Source of the DNA: Lama glama
Taxonomy: Eukaryota
DNA: 64,000 nt
Assembly: GCA_028534125.1 (NCBI GenBank)
Contig: CM052817.1
Location: 7,876,001-7,940,000 of the forward strand
Direction of reading: 5' to 3'
Each line of letters starts with the position of its first letter. The stretch's first letter is position 1. Both the position numbers and the translations under genes were made by a program. The notes under the pieces are model-generated. The model ran no database searches. It worked only from the letters and a program-made list of their open reading frames with translations, and had not been told where the DNA came from. Positions 63,611 through 64,000 of this stretch are shown piece after piece.

Positions 63611-64000
63611 TGTTACCGAGTCCAAACTCGTTCTGCTCCCCGCAGGACAGGCCAGTAAATCCGGAGACCTGTTGGGGCAAGGAATAGCGACTTTATTCAG
63701 AAAGACAGCGGACCGAGAGGATGGCAGACTAACCTCTTGGAGAACCATCCTATTCTAGTCTTTTATACAAAAAACAGGGGAGGGGGTGTGGTTGATTGTT
63801 GCAAACTTCTTGCTGTAGGAATTCTTTGTTCCTCCAGCTGTCCATGTGGGTCAGGTCATGGTGTCCCTGTAAACCTCCACAAAACAAAGGTTATTTCCTA
63901 TTCTGCAACTTGTTATCTTTACATAAGTGCAGAAGTATTAACATCCTTAAAGATCAGAGCCTTGAGAACAGTCTCTCCCTTACATTTCAGGCTAAAGGCA
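63611..64000 (-). mobile_element. ERV (ERV1-like) LTR, 3' part; continues beyond window
   Basis: minus strand ends ...ggtaaca at 63611; TATAAAA 63761-63767 and AATAAA 63692-63697 on the minus strand in U3-R-U5 order. Confidence 0.75.

Noticed and set aside
1..64000. CRISPR array, operon or other prokaryotic-type system
   Set aside because: The sequence is mammalian (LINE/SINE/LTR content, CpG depletion); no repeat-spacer arrays or dense long ORFs

Overview
Mammalian genomic DNA, most likely camelid (camel/alpaca/llama). The inference rests on five copies of a tRNA-derived SINE matching my recollection of the camelid Vic-1 type; I saw no Alu, B1, Bov-tA, PRE-1 or SINEC elements. I can recognise no intact protein-coding gene. 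The supplied ORFs are short chance ORFs or decayed L1/L2/MaLR sequence. The window looks intronic or intergenic and is dense in old MIR, L2 and MaLR/ERVL LTR repeats plus younger L1 and SINE insertions, many with readable target-site duplications. The main functional feature is a small CpG-island promoter at ~62.8-63.2 kb. It has a perfect E2F palindrome, an NRF1-like site and an ATG-less minus-strand first exon ending in a strong donor (AAG|GTGAGA), so a transcript probably runs leftward into the window. I could not identify the gene; it may be a lncRNA or have a non-coding exon 1. A same-sense ERV LTR with TATA and polyA signals lies ~450 bp upstream. Other points of interest are a nested L1-in-L1 forming an inverted repeat, possible short L1 3' transductions, a MER53 hairpin, L2 endonuclease/RT fossils and several motif-rich enhancer candidates. 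I found no convincing novel biological system. Repeat subfamily names come from recalled consensus sequences and need RepeatMasker/Dfam confirmation; boundaries without TSDs are approximate.
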